Counted from the first letter of the stretch, positions 9,581 to 22,154 are shown. The stretch is DNA of 64,000 bases from Verrucomicrobiota bacterium (GCA_037127585.1 JBAXYB010000002.1:3701-67700), one strand, 5' to 3'. Notes: generated from the letters alone by a model not told the origin. Numbers and translations: made by a program.

Positions 9581-10690
9581 TTATTGGTCGCGCGGGTCGC
9601 GGTTGAGCGACGGGAGCGGATGCGGGCGCACGAGCGTGCCGCCTTGTTCGTAGGACTCAATCGCCGCGAACGTGTATTCGAGCGTCGCCAACGCATCCCG
9701 CCCGGACGAGCGCAGGGCGTGTTTCGGCACGCGATTCGTCAGGTCTTCAAGATAGGCGTGGATGCGCGTCGGAAACGTCGCGCCGAAATCTTTGACGCCG
9801 GTATCCGTGACAACCGGGGTGGGTTGCTGGCCGAGGCCGAACGACTGGCCTGCCGCGGGGGCCGGGTAGTAGGTCAGTTTCTCGGTGACGTTCTCGATGC
9901 AGAACGTGCCTTTCGTGCCGCCGAGTTCAAAACTCCACCAACCGCCCAACCCCATAGTCGCGTCGCCGCGCGAACTAAAAAGATAGCCGATGGCGCCGCT
10001 CTGGAATTTCACGTGGACGCTGGCGATCGACACCATTAAATCCGCGGCATGCCGGCGCACGCTGGGGCGATCCATGAACGCCTGGATGTGCGTGATGTCG
10101 CCGCAGAAATGCCGGAGCAAACTGAACGGGTGCGCGAGAAACGCCTTGAGATGGGCGTAGGGGAAGCCGTCGAAATTCGGACCCGCGCCGGCTTTGTAGG
10201 TGTCTTCGCCGCCGACGAAGCCCGCCCGGTGCAGACAGTAAATCTGTTCACCGATCTTGCCGTCCGCCATCAACTGCTTCGCCTGCCGGGCCGGTTCGGT
10301 GAAAAAGTGGTTCAGGTTGCAGCCGAGGTACAAATCCTTTTCCGCGGCGAATTTCACCAAATCGCGCGCTTCCTGGATGTCATTGGAAATGGGTTTTTCC
10401 ACCAGCACATTCTTGCCGGCGGCGAGGGCAAGCATCGCGGGCGCGAAATGCCAACTGCCGTTTTCGCTGCCGCCCGTCGAAACATCGACGATGTCCAACT
10501 CGGGATGCGCGGCGAGCATGTCCTCGAGCCGGTAGTAGGCTTTGACTTTGTGCTTGGCGGCGACTTCATCCGCGCGGCTCTTGACCACATCGCAAACGGC
10601 GACAAGTTTCGCGAGCGCGTCCGTCGCATAACTCTGCGCGTGTGTCTGCCCGATGCCTTTTAATCCAACGACTCCGACGTTTAATGCCAT
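9581..10690 (-). CDS. Gfo/Idh/MocA-family oxidoreductase (paralog of 4699..5688)
   Basis: ORF 9581..10783. Start at Met32 (MALNVGVVGLKGIGQ). VEKPISNDI ... LGCNLNHFF closely parallels the 4699..5688 product. Confidence 0.85.
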   Translation of the reverse strand: MALNVGVVGLKGIGQTHAQSYATDALAKLVAVCDVVKSRADEVAAKHKVKAYYRLEDMLAAHPELDIVDVSTGGSENGSWHFAPAMLALAAGKNVLVEKPISNDIQEARDLVKFAAEKDLYLGCNLNHFFTEPARQAKQLMADGKIGEQIYCLHRAGFVGGEDTYKAGAGPNFDGFPYAHLKAFLAHPFSLLRHFCGDITHIQAFMDRPSVRRHAADLMVSIASVHVKFQSGAIGYLFSSRGDATMGLGGWWSFELGGTKGTFCIENVTEKLTYYPAPAAGQSFGLGQQPTPVVTDTGVKDFGATFPTRIHAYLEDLTNRVPKHALRSSGRDALATLEYTFAAIESYEQGGTLVRPHPLPSLNRDPRDQ

Positions 10691-10781
10691 GGTGATTTCC
10701 TTTGTTCGACGAGTCGCGACAGTAGCGGACAACCGGCGACGTGTCCTTGACAATCCCGCCAAACATCTGGACGATCCTGCC

Positions 10782-11645
10782 ATGGCTCAACACCTGCGTG
10801 GCGCGGACCTTTTTTCCGACCGGCATTTTCGGCTGCACGTCATGCGGCTGCCGCAACACGGTGCGTCGCGGGAACAACACACGCATGACTTCAATGAATT
10901 AGTGGTAATTCTGGCCGGCCACGGCCAACATGAAGTGGGCCGGGAAGTCTATGACATCAGTGCCGGCGATGTGTTCGCGCTTTTGGGCGACGCGAGTCAT
11001 TGCTACCCCGAGGTCAAAAACCTCTCGCTGATCAATATCCTGTACGATCCCGCCACCCTGCGTTTCCCCCGGGCCGACCTCGGCGCGGTGCCGGGATATC
11101 ACGCGCTGTTCGAGGTCGAACCGCGGCTCCGGCAACGCCAACGGTTCCAAAACCGGCTCAAGCTCAACATGACGGAACTCGGACAACTCGCGAAGTTGAT
11201 CGCTGATTTGGAAGCCGAGCTGCGCGCCAAGACGCCCGGCTCGCGCTTCCTCGCGACCGCACACTTGATGCGCATCATTGGTTTTTTGGCGCGGGCCTAC
11301 AGCCAGATTCCGGTCACGCAGCGCCGCCCGGTCACTCAACTCAGCGAACTGCTCGGTTATATGGAACAGCATTTCACCGAACCGTTGACCATCGGCAATC
11401 TGGCCCGCGCGGCGCACATGTCGGAGACGTCATTGTTTCGGCAATTCCGTCAGGTCATGGGCCGGTCGCCGATTGACTACTTGATCCGGTTGCGCATTCA
11501 CAAAGCCGCCCAACTGTTGCGCCGGGAACAGATGCGCGTGAAAGAGGCCAGCGCGGCGGTTGGTTTCACCGACAGCAACTATTTCACCCGGCAATTCGCC
11601 AAGGTCATGAGCGTCAGCCCCCGCGAATATCAGCGGCGGAAATAG
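10782..11645 (+). CDS. AraC-family transcriptional regulator with N-terminal cupin sensor domain
   Basis: ORF 10653..11645. Start chosen at Met44 (10782), divergent from the operon at 10690. C-terminal double HTH (SLFRQFRQVMGRSPIDYL ... NYFTRQFAKVMSVSPREYQ). Confidence 0.8.
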   Translation: MAQHLRGADLFSDRHFRLHVMRLPQHGASREQHTHDFNELVVILAGHGQHEVGREVYDISAGDVFALLGDASHCYPEVKNLSLINILYDPATLRFPRADLGAVPGYHALFEVEPRLRQRQRFQNRLKLNMTELGQLAKLIADLEAELRAKTPGSRFLATAHLMRIIGFLARAYSQIPVTQRRPVTQLSELLGYMEQHFTEPLTIGNLARAAHMSETSLFRQFRQVMGRSPIDYLIRLRIHKAAQLLRREQMRVKEASAAVGFTDSNYFTRQFAKVMSVSPREYQRRK

Positions 11646-11653
11646 TCTCGGCT

Positions 11654-12652
11654 TTACGGGGTGGATTTTTTTGCGGGCGCATTCGTGGCCGGGAAGGCGC
11701 CGCGCAAGAGCCAATGTTTTTTGAGGCCTTGCACGAGGTTGTCGGTGTCGACCACCAACGTCGAGATGCCGGTCAGGATTTGGTCGTTGGATTGGACTTG
11801 GGAATTCAGGTTGCCGGTGATCGAGGCGAGGTTGAGCAGGGTGGCGTTGAGGCCGAACACAAGCTCATTGATCTGCGCGGAGAGATTGGTGGTGATAAGC
11901 CAGTCGCCCAGCGAACCGGTGGGATTGGTGAGGTTGCCGGTGATGAGGGTGGCGTTGCTCAAGACCGGCGCGAGTTGCGCGGTTGTGCGGTCGAGACTGG
12001 CCATCAGGGTGGCGCTGTTGGTGACGAGAATATTGGCATTGTCGAGGACGACGTTGAGGCGATTGGTGAGCGCGAGGATGTTCGGCAAGGCGCCTTCGAC
12101 TTGGTTTAGCAGCTTCTCGGCGCGTTCGGTCACCCCGGCGGATTCGTCGGGCTGGAGGAAGACGCCTTTGGGCGCGAGGGTGAGCGCAACCATCTGGCTG
12201 TTGACGAGCACTTCGTGGGGCCGGTTGAGCCGGTCGGTCACAGTCGGGACGCCGGTCAGGCCCTTGGTGACTTCGAGTTGCCGGCCCATCAGACCGACGT
12301 TGACGACTTTGATTTTCGAGTCGGACAGGATGTAGCCGTAGTAGGGCCGCTTGATTTCGACGCCGACGAAGACGTTGTAGTACGCGCCGGGCGGTTCGGC
12401 CTCGATGACCGTGATGGCGCCGACGTCGAAGCCCATCAGCTTGACCGGCGCGCCGACTTCGAGACCGTCGGCTGTTTGGACGAACGTGAAGTAGGGGCAG
12501 CGCGGCACCCGCCAGCCGCGCCGTTCGGACAGGTGATAGAGGTAGTAGCCAAACCCCGCCAGCAACAGCAGCAGCGCCACCACCACAAACACACCCACGA
12601 CGCGCTGGGTGCGCTCGGGGGTCGTCTCATCCACTGTTCGTTGTTCGTTCAT
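11654..12652 (-). CDS. mlaD: MlaD / MCE-domain protein (outer-membrane lipid asymmetry ABC system substrate-binding component)
   Basis: ORF 11654..12964. Start at Met105 (12652) gives an N-terminal TM helix followed by an MCE domain (VKLMGFDVGAITVIE). Overlaps the mlaE stop. Confidence 0.8.
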   Translation of the reverse strand: MNEQRTVDETTPERTQRVVGVFVVVALLLLLAGFGYYLYHLSERRGWRVPRCPYFTFVQTADGLEVGAPVKLMGFDVGAITVIEAEPPGAYYNVFVGVEIKRPYYGYILSDSKIKVVNVGLMGRQLEVTKGLTGVPTVTDRLNRPHEVLVNSQMVALTLAPKGVFLQPDESAGVTERAEKLLNQVEGALPNILALTNRLNVVLDNANILVTNSATLMASLDRTTAQLAPVLSNATLITGNLTNPTGSLGDWLITTNLSAQINELVFGLNATLLNLASITGNLNSQVQSNDQILTGISTLVVDTDNLVQGLKKHWLLRGAFPATNAPAKKSTP

Positions 12653-13443
12653 CGTCCGAAATATCCGGCGAGAAATACCGCGTCGAGCACCACGCACAAC
12701 GCGAACGCTTCCACCACTGCGCGCGTCGTCGCCGCCGGGAACTGCTCGATCTTCAGCATTCCCTCCAACCCGTGATAGCAACTCACAAGACCGATGACGA
12801 TGCCAAACAACGCCGCCTTCAACCCGATCAACACGAAATCCATCCAGTGCATCGCTTCCGCGAGCTGCGCGCAATACGCGCTTGCCCGCAAGGGCACGTT
12901 CTGGATAAACGCCACGAGGTACCCACTGGCCAGCGCGATGGCGATCAGATAGATCGTCAAACAAAATACGGACACTCCCATCGCCACCACCCGCGGCGCC
13001 ACCACGTCGCGCATTGTCCGCCGACCGAGCCGGTCGACAGACTCCGCCTTCCCGCGCATCGCGACCGCGCCGAGTTCAACGACCGTGGCCGCCCCCGCCC
13101 GCGCCGTCACGAGAAACGCCGTCAGCAACGGGCCGAGTTCGCGCAACACCACCGTCACCATCACCGTTCCAATGTAGCGTTGCGCGCTGACTTGCCGGAG
13201 CAGCGCCACCGCTTGCCCGATCACCAACAACCCCAACGCCACGCCGATGAAGCCGGTCAGCGGTAATTGCCGGACCCCGCATCGCCAGATTTCCCGGCTT
13301 GTCGCCGCGCGCTGCATGGCCCGCAATGGTTTCGGCACCACGAGCGCCGCCGCCAACGTCGCGCGCGCAAACCGCCAGCGGTGCCCCAACCCCGACGGCG
13401 ATCGGAGCGCGCGCAGACCAACGTTACCTATCCAAGTTTGCAT
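12649..13443 (-). CDS. mlaE: MlaE-type ABC transporter permease
   Basis: 264-aa polytopic membrane protein with MlaE/Ttg2B family conservation. Confidence 0.85.
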   Translation of the reverse strand: MQTWIGNVGLRALRSPSGLGHRWRFARATLAAALVVPKPLRAMQRAATSREIWRCGVRQLPLTGFIGVALGLLVIGQAVALLRQVSAQRYIGTVMVTVVLRELGPLLTAFLVTARAGAATVVELGAVAMRGKAESVDRLGRRTMRDVVAPRVVAMGVSVFCLTIYLIAIALASGYLVAFIQNVPLRASAYCAQLAEAMHWMDFVLIGLKAALFGIVIGLVSCYHGLEGMLKIEQFPAATTRAVVEAFALCVVLDAVFLAGYFGR

Positions 13444-14288
13444 GTCGTGTCGAGCAGCGCGCCGTACCGGAGGTTGCGCGTGCTCACGGCCAACTCATAC
13501 ACGCTCAACGCTTCCATCGCAAATGCCAATGCGGCCCCGCCGGCCACAATGATGTCGGCCCGGTCGGCTGGCAGGCCGGGGACTTGCCGGCGTTCGGTGA
13601 GTGACATGGCGTTGAGCCGGGCGACAAGCGCTAGAACTTCGTCGAGTGTTTTGACGTTGCCGATTTTAACTAACGTGAGGTTGGCTCCGCCGGTCGCGAT
13701 GAACTTGCGGCCGGTGGCGTTGTAATCGCGCAGCGTTGACCGGTAGGTTGTGCGGAGAAATTCGGCGAGCGCCGGGAAGTCGCCGCCGAAGCGTTCGGTC
13801 ATCCGCACGGCGCCGAGCGGCAAGCTTTGGTGGCGCTCGATTTTGCCGACTGCGCCTTGGATGAATTCGACGCTGCCGCCACCAATATCCATCACGAGCA
13901 ACCGGCTCTTCGCCAAAGCCGGGTCGCTGGACACGCCGCGAAAGATCAACTCTGCTTCGCGTTCGCCGGTGATGACTTCGACTTCGAGTCCGCATTGCCG
14001 GCGGACGGCGTCGAGGAATTCTTGCTGGTTGTCAGCGTCGCGCACGGCACTGGTCGTGATGGCGCAGATACCGGTGACTGATTGTCCCCGGGCCTCGGTC
14101 ACGTAGTCGGCAATCGTCTGGACGGTGCGCGCGATGGCGGGGCCGGTGAGTTGGCGAGTTGCATTGACACTTTCGCCGAGGCGCGTGGTTTTGTCCTTAG
14201 CGACGAGGGAGACGACTTGACCGTCATTCACGTCGGCGATGAGGAGTTTGACGGTGTTCGTACCGATGTCGATGACGGCGCGGCGCAT
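13428..14288 (-). CDS. ppx: Ppx/GppA-family phosphatase (exopolyphosphatase N-terminal domain only)
   Basis: 286 aa. Actin-like ATPase fold motifs (VIDIGTNTVKLLIAD ... LVMDIGGGSVEF). Confidence 0.8.
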   Translation of the reverse strand: MRRAVIDIGTNTVKLLIADVNDGQVVSLVAKDKTTRLGESVNATRQLTGPAIARTVQTIADYVTEARGQSVTGICAITTSAVRDADNQQEFLDAVRRQCGLEVEVITGEREAELIFRGVSSDPALAKSRLLVMDIGGGSVEFIQGAVGKIERHQSLPLGAVRMTERFGGDFPALAEFLRTTYRSTLRDYNATGRKFIATGGANLTLVKIGNVKTLDEVLALVARLNAMSLTERRQVPGLPADRADIIVAGGAALAFAMEALSVYELAVSTRNLRYGALLDTTCKLG

Positions 14289-14370
14289 GGAGGGGAGGTT
14301 ACTCGGTTCACGGTTCGCGGTTCAAGGTTGTTGCTGTCAACCCTGAACCGAGAACTTCCTTGAAAAAAGT

Positions 14371-14405
14371 CTTGCCTGCCGGGGGGCTTGTGATATTTTT
14401 CACGA
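14371..14405 (+). promoter_or_regulatory. candidate sigma-70 promoter for the atp operon (TTGCCT -35, ~16-17 nt spacer, TGtGATATT extended -10)
   Basis: Read from the sequence upstream of atpZ. Also a 12-bp stem hairpin (GGTTCAAGGTTG/CAACCCTGAACC) at ~14310-14345 in the ppx/atp divergent region. Confidence 0.25.
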
Positions 14406-14464
14406 ACTTTGCGCCGCCCAAGTTTGCTTGCGAGTCGGTCCGGGTTGCATGGGATGTTTTCCAG

Positions 14465-14674
14465 ATGAAACTACCGGGCGCGGCGCGTTACATGGCCTTG
14501 GGCATCCAGATGGTCATTGTGACGGCGGTCAGTGCCGCCATTGGGTACTGGCTGGATTTGAAAACTGGGAAAGAGCCGATTTTTTTGATCGTGTTTTTCT
14601 TCCTCGGGTCGTTTGGCGGGATTGCGGTCGTTTGGCGGGCCATGGATCAGGGCGATGGCGCGAAGCGGCCCTGA
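14465..14674 (+). CDS. atpZ: AtpZ-like small membrane protein (putative F0F1-ATPase-associated subunit)
   Basis: ORF 14360..14674. Internal Met gives a 69-aa two-TM protein directly upstream of atpI/atpB, as in atpZ-I-B-E-F-H-A-G-D-C operons. Confidence 0.5.
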   Translation: MKLPGAARYMALGIQMVIVTAVSAAIGYWLDLKTGKEPIFLIVFFFLGSFGGIAVVWRAMDQGDGAKRP

Positions 14675-14686
14675 CCACATATATAT

Positions 14687-14965
14687 ATGGATAGCGCGGC
14701 ATGGTTGGGAGTCACAGAAGGGCTCGGCATCGGGTTGATTTACGGGCTGTGGCAGGCGTGGGATTTGCGCCGCGGACCGAGTGCGACGCCGACGTTGCAA
14801 CGGACGTTGTTTGCCGGCGCACGGATGTTGGTTTTGATGAGCTTGTTGTTGGTGGCGTTGAAGTACGGCGGCGCGGATAAGATTTGGTTGGTAGTGGGTG
14901 TGGCGGTAGGATTTACGGCGGTATTTGTGTGGCGGATGAAGACGGCGTTAGCGAAGAAAAAGTGA
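14687..14965 (+). CDS. atpI: ATP synthase protein I-like small membrane protein
   Basis: 92-aa hydrophobic protein immediately upstream of atpB. Confidence 0.45.
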   Translation: MDSAAWLGVTEGLGIGLIYGLWQAWDLRRGPSATPTLQRTLFAGARMLVLMSLLLVALKYGGADKIWLVVGVAVGFTAVFVWRMKTALAKKK

Positions 14966-14971
14966 ACGAGT

Positions 14972-16020
<1,049 letters not shown>

Positions 16021-16033
16021 CCGGGAGATTCAC

Positions 16034-16615
16034 GTGAAGAAATTTATCATCGCCGGTCTGGCGCTGAGTCCAGCGCTGGCATTTGCGGCCGAAGAAGCCG
16101 CCGAACATGCCGGCGGCGGCCCGCTCGAAATCAACTGGGGACTGCAAATCTGGGTCATCGCCACATTCGTGGTCATGATGGGTTTGCTCGCGAAACTCTC
16201 ATTCAAGCCCATCGGTGAGGCTCTCGAACGCCGCGGTTCGACCATCAAGGCTGCGCTCGACGAAGCTGAGAAGTCGCGCGCCGATGCGAAGAAGCTGATG
16301 GAAGATTACCAGAAGCAAATCGCCGAAGCCCGCGCCGAAGCCGCCAAAGTCATCGAAGAAGCCCGGCAACTCGGCGAAAAAGTCCGCAAGGATGTCGTCG
16401 ACAAGGCCACCGTTGAAGCTTCCGCCGTTGTCTCCCGCGCGCAGGAAGAGATCGTTCGCCAGAAGGACAAAGGCATCCAGGAAATGAAGGACACCATCGC
16501 GAATCTTTCCGTCCAGATTGCCTCCAAGGTCATCGAAAAAGAAGTCAACGAAGCCACGCACAAGCAGCTCGTTGAGAACCTGATCAAAGACCTCGCCAAA
16601 GTTCGGAAGCAGTAA
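16034..16615 (+). CDS. atpF: F0 ATP synthase subunit b
   Basis: 193 aa: N-terminal TM then a long charged coiled coil. Confidence 0.85.
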   Translation: MKKFIIAGLALSPALAFAAEEAAEHAGGGPLEINWGLQIWVIATFVVMMGLLAKLSFKPIGEALERRGSTIKAALDEAEKSRADAKKLMEDYQKQIAEARAEAAKVIEEARQLGEKVRKDVVDKATVEASAVVSRAQEEIVRQKDKGIQEMKDTIANLSVQIASKVIEKEVNEATHKQLVENLIKDLAKVRKQ

Positions 16616-17151
16616 TGGCTCACGACCCGATCAATACCGGCTACGCTCGCGCCCTCTTTGAGATGGCGCAAGCCGAAGGCGTGGTCAGCCGCGTCGAGGA
16701 AGAACTCTTCCGTCTCCGGGAACTCCTCAAAGCCAACCCGGAACTATTTCAGTTCCTCAAAGATCCGAACATCAAACCCGAAGGCAAGCGCACCGCGCTC
16801 GGCGATCTTTTCCAAGGCCGCGTCCATCCGCTCGTGCTTTCGACGCTCATTTCGCTCAGCGATCAAGACCGTGCCGGCCGCGTGCTTCACGTCATCGAAG
16901 ATTTCAGCAACATTGCCGCCGCGGCGCGCCAAACCATTACCGGCGAAGTTACCGTGGTCGTCACACTCGACGACGCCACGCTCGGCCGCATGGCCACCGA
17001 GCTCAGCCGCATCACCGGCAAGAACGTCAAACTCCTCCAGAAAATCGACCCGGCCATCCTCGGCGGCGCGATCATCACCGTCGGCGAACAAATCATCGAC
17101 GGCAGCCTGCGTCGCAAGCTCGATCAGCTTAAAGACAAGTTAGCGCAGTAA
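16615..17151 (+). CDS. atpH: F1 ATP synthase subunit delta (OSCP)
   Basis: 178 aa. [10 protein letters not shown]-terminus typical of delta. Confidence 0.85.
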   Translation: MAHDPINTGYARALFEMAQAEGVVSRVEEELFRLRELLKANPELFQFLKDPNIKPEGKRTALGDLFQGRVHPLVLSTLISLSDQDRAGRVLHVIEDFSNIAAAARQTITGEVTVVVTLDDATLGRMATELSRITGKNVKLLQKIDPAILGGAIITVGEQIIDGSLRRKLDQLKDKLAQ

Positions 17152-17161
17152 GAGGTCAATC

Positions 17162-18712
17162 ATGCCCGACATACTCACACTCGACTCCAAACAAATCTCC
17201 GACGTCCTCCGCAAGAGCATCAGCGAATTCAAATCGGAAGTCACCGTTCAGGAAGTTGGCGAAGTCCTCGAATGCGGCGACGGTATCGCCCGCGTTTCCG
17301 GCCTGCCGAACTGCCTCTCCGAAGAAATGCTCGAATTCCCCGGCGGCAACTACGGCGTCGCGCTCAACCTCGAACGCGACAACGTCGGCGTCATGATTCT
17401 CGGCGATTACACGCAGATCGAAGAAGGCCAACTCGTCAAGCGCACCGGCCGCATCCTCAGCGTCCCGGTCGGCGACGCCTTGCTCGGTCGCGTCGTCAAC
17501 GCGCTCGGCCAGCCCATCGACGGCAAAGGTCCGATCAACACTTCCACGATGCGCCCGATCGAAGGCCGCAGCCCCAGCGTCATCGAACGCGAACCGGTCA
17601 AGCAGCCGTTGGCGACCGGCATCAAGTCCATCGACGCGATGATTCCGATTGGCCGCGGCCAACGCGAACTCATCATCGGCGACCGCCAGACCGGCAAGAC
17701 CGCCATCTGCGTCGACACGATCATCAATCAAAAAGGCGGCGACGTGATGTGTATCTACGTCGCCATCGGCCAGAAGAAGTCCACCGTCGTCAGCGTCGTC
17801 GAGATCTTGGAGAAGGCCGGCGCGATGCCGTACACCATCGTCGTCAGCGCCACTGCCAGCGACGCCGCTCCGATGCAGTTCGTCGCCCCCTACGCCGGCA
17901 CGGCGATGGGCGAATACTTCCGCGACCTCGGCAAGCACGCCCTCATCATTTACGACGATCTTTCCAAGCACGCGATTGCCTACCGGCAAATCTCGTTGCT
18001 GTTGCGTCGTCCGCCCGGCCGCGAAGCGTTCCCAGGTGACGTATTCAACGTCCACAGCCGGTTGCTCGAACGTTCTGCCAAGCTGAACATCGACGCTCCG
18101 AAGCTCAATCCGATTTATCCGAAGGGTGGCGGCTCGCTTACCGCGTTGCCGATCATCGAGACGCAGGAAGGAGACTTCTCGGCGTACATCCCGACGAACG
18201 TCATCTCGATCACCGATGGTCAGATTTACCTCGAATCCGACTTGTTCTACGCCGGTATTCGTCCCGCCGTCTCGGTTGGTCTCTCGGTCAGCCGCGTCGG
18301 TGGCGCAGCGCAAACCAAGGCGATGAAGAAGATCGCCGGTACGCTCCGTCTCAGTCTCGCGCAATACCGGGAACTCGCCGCATTCGCGCAATTGTCGAGC
18401 GACCTCGACAAAAACACGAAAGCGCAACTTGATCGCGGCCAGCGCATGGTCGAATTGCTCAAGCAGCCGCAATATCAGCCGATGACGAACGAAGATCAGG
18501 TCTCGGTTCTCTGGGCCGCGACCAACGGTTACCTCGACGGCGTGGCCGTCCCGTCGATCCGCAAGTTCGAAGTCGAGTTCCTGCAATTCCTCAAGAGCAA
18601 ATACGCTTCGACCGTGGAGCAGTTGCGCGCGAAGAAAGAATTGACCGACGAAATCGTCGCCGGCTTGAAGAAGGCTGCCGAAGAATTCAAAGGCATTTTC
18701 TCCGGTAACTAA
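17162..18712 (+). CDS. atpA: F1 ATP synthase subunit alpha
   Basis: 516 aa. Walker A GDRQTGKT and the alpha-specific sequence throughout. Confidence 0.95.
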   Translation: MPDILTLDSKQISDVLRKSISEFKSEVTVQEVGEVLECGDGIARVSGLPNCLSEEMLEFPGGNYGVALNLERDNVGVMILGDYTQIEEGQLVKRTGRILSVPVGDALLGRVVNALGQPIDGKGPINTSTMRPIEGRSPSVIEREPVKQPLATGIKSIDAMIPIGRGQRELIIGDRQTGKTAICVDTIINQKGGDVMCIYVAIGQKKSTVVSVVEILEKAGAMPYTIVVSATASDAAPMQFVAPYAGTAMGEYFRDLGKHALIIYDDLSKHAIAYRQISLLLRRPPGREAFPGDVFNVHSRLLERSAKLNIDAPKLNPIYPKGGGSLTALPIIETQEGDFSAYIPTNVISITDGQIYLESDLFYAGIRPAVSVGLSVSRVGGAAQTKAMKKIAGTLRLSLAQYRELAAFAQLSSDLDKNTKAQLDRGQRMVELLKQPQYQPMTNEDQVSVLWAATNGYLDGVAVPSIRKFEVEFLQFLKSKYASTVEQLRAKKELTDEIVAGLKKAAEEFKGIFSGN

Positions 18713-18715
18713 GGA

Positions 18716-19582
18716 ATGGCCAGTCTCCGCGACATCCGCCGGCGCATCAAAGGCGTTAAGAACATCCGGCAGGTCACCAAAGCGATGAACATGATCGCTG
18801 CGGCCCGGTTGCGTCGCGCCCAGCAAAAGGCAGAGTCCGCCCGGCCGTACGCCGACCGGCTCGCCGAAATCTTGCAGGACGTGATGGCATCGAGCGGCGG
18901 TGCGGCCCGGCATCCGTTGATGGCGAAGCGCGAAGTGAAGAAGATCGCGCTCGTGATCATCACCGCTGACCGTGGCCTGTGCGGCGCGTTCAATGCCGGC
19001 ATCATCCGCGAAGCGCAGCGTTTTCTCCGGGAGCAGACGCAGCCGGTCGAGTTGATCACCGTCGGTCGCAAGGCGCGCGATCATTTTCAACGGCTCGATT
19101 ACAAAATCGCCCAGCATTTCACCCAGCCGTCGCGCGATATCCGGCTGGAAGAAGTCGGCGGCGTGAGCAAGCTGGTCATCGGTGAGTACGGCGGCGCGAA
19201 GTATGACCAGGTGTTTTTAGCGTACGCGAAATTTGTCAGTGTGTTGAAGTCGCAGCCGACCGTCGTGCAGTTGCTGCCCTTCGTAAAACCCGCCGACGCC
19301 GGCAAGGTCGGTAAGGCCGCGTATGAATTTGAGCCGAACGCCGAGGAACTACTGAACACATTGCTGCCGCAGTATGTCGAGGTGTTGATTTATCGGTCGA
19401 TTGTCGAATCGCTCGCGAGCGAACAAGCCGCGCGCATGGTCGCGATGAAAGCCGCCACCGACAGCGCGTCCGATATGATCACCGGGCTGACGCGCAAGTA
19501 CAACAACGCCCGGCAAGCCAGCATCACGAATCAATTGTTGGAAGTCGTATCCGGCGCCGACGCGCTGGCGAAAAAGGACTAG
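18716..19582 (+). CDS. atpG: F1 ATP synthase subunit gamma
   Basis: 288 aa. N-terminal MASLRDIRRRIKGVKNIRQVTKAM is the gamma hallmark. Confidence 0.9.
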   Translation: MASLRDIRRRIKGVKNIRQVTKAMNMIAAARLRRAQQKAESARPYADRLAEILQDVMASSGGAARHPLMAKREVKKIALVIITADRGLCGAFNAGIIREAQRFLREQTQPVELITVGRKARDHFQRLDYKIAQHFTQPSRDIRLEEVGGVSKLVIGEYGGAKYDQVFLAYAKFVSVLKSQPTVVQLLPFVKPADAGKVGKAAYEFEPNAEELLNTLLPQYVEVLIYRSIVESLASEQAARMVAMKAATDSASDMITGLTRKYNNARQASITNQLLEVVSGADALAKKD

Positions 19583-21003
<1,421 letters not shown>

Positions 21004-21004
<1 letters not shown>

Positions 21005-21417
21005 TGTCCTCGTTCGCCTTCGAAATTCTGACGTTGCAGAAAGCCTTCCTGAAAGAGGAAGTGGGCTTCGTGATCGCCCCCGGTCAGGAAGGCCAATTTG
21101 AAATCCTCGCGCACCATGCGCCCTATGTGTTCGCCCTCAAACCCGGTCCGCTTCGCATGCGCTTACCGGACGGCAAGGACAAGTATGTGGCTGTTGGGAC
21201 TGGTTTTCTCTGCGTCCAAAAAGATCGCACGACAGTCCTGACTCGGAGCGCCGAGCAGCCGCAGGATATTGACAAAGCCCGTGCCGAACGCGCCAAACAG
21301 CGTGCCGTTGAACGCCTCGCGAACAAGACCGGCACCATTGATACCGCGCGCGCGCAGGCGGCGCTGGGGCGCGCCCTTGCCAGATTGCAGGTTGCCGAGT
21401 ACCGTCCGGTGGAATGA
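21004..21417 (+). CDS. atpC: F1 ATP synthase subunit epsilon
   Basis: 137 aa. Start overlaps the atpD stop. Confidence 0.9.
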
Positions 21418-22154
21418 GCACGAACTCCCACGGGTGGGCGATGGCGAGCCTTGAGGCTCGAATCACCGCACACGTGCATGCGTGGGAAAAAGCTAAGGAA
21501 CGCGGTCAGCCACTCGCCCCCGAGACGTATCCGTTCGTTACCATCTCCCGCGAATTCGGCTGTGAAGGATCACTTCTCGCTTACCGGCTCCAGGAAATCC
21601 TGAACGAGCGGTGTCGGCCGTTCTTCCCCTGGGTCGCCTATGACCATCAACTCCTCGACAAGGTGGCCCGAGAGCTGCATTTGTCACGGGGCGTCGTGGA
21701 GGCCATTGATGGTCGCCGGCGCAACGAAATGAGCGCGATCTTCGATTCGATTCTCAACAACCGGGTGGAAGAATCCGTCATTGTCCGGAAGATGGCCGAA
21801 GTGATTCGCTCGCTCGCGATTCACGGCCACACGATCACCGTTGGCCGCGGCAGCCACCTGATTACCCAAGACCTGCGCAACGGCATGCACGTGCGCCTCG
21901 TCGCACCTCGCGGCTGGCGTGTGCACCAAGCCGCGGCCGACCGCGGCCTCACGGTTCATGAAGCGGAACAATTCATCGACCAAGGGGAACGCGAACGCCG
22001 GCAGTACTTGAAAACTTTCTTCGTGGAAGATGCCGCCCACCCCTTCCATCACGACCTGATTATCGACAACTCACGCTTCAACCTCGCGCAGATTGCCGAG
22101 ATCGTCTTCACCGCTCTCAGCGCGCGGTTTGGTGAAACATTGGTCGGCGCCTAA
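21414..22154 (+). CDS. cytidylate kinase-like family P-loop protein (PF13189-like)
   Basis: 246 aa. FVTISREFGCEGSLLAYRLQE is the characteristic N-terminus of the cytidylate-kinase-like family. Start overlaps the atpC stop by 4 nt (co-transcribed with the atp operon). Confidence 0.65.
   Translation: MSTNSHGWAMASLEARITAHVHAWEKAKERGQPLAPETYPFVTISREFGCEGSLLAYRLQEILNERCRPFFPWVAYDHQLLDKVARELHLSRGVVEAIDGRRRNEMSAIFDSILNNRVEESVIVRKMAEVIRSLAIHGHTITVGRGSHLITQDLRNGMHVRLVAPRGWRVHQAAADRGLTVHEAEQFIDQGERERRQYLKTFFVEDAAHPFHHDLIIDNSRFNLAQIAEIVFTALSARFGETLVGA

Noticed and set aside
10653-10781. Upstream extensions of several ORFs in the track (AraC, Gfo/Idh/MocA genes, mlaD, ECF sigma, uspA, parA, der)
   Set aside because: In each case an internal Met coincides with the start of homology and with a 1-4-nt overlap or abutment to the neighbouring gene, so the longer ORF-track starts were not used.
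17156-19117. 653-aa minus-strand ORF antisense to atpA/atpG
   Set aside because: Antisense to two universally conserved ATP synthase genes; composition-driven open frame.
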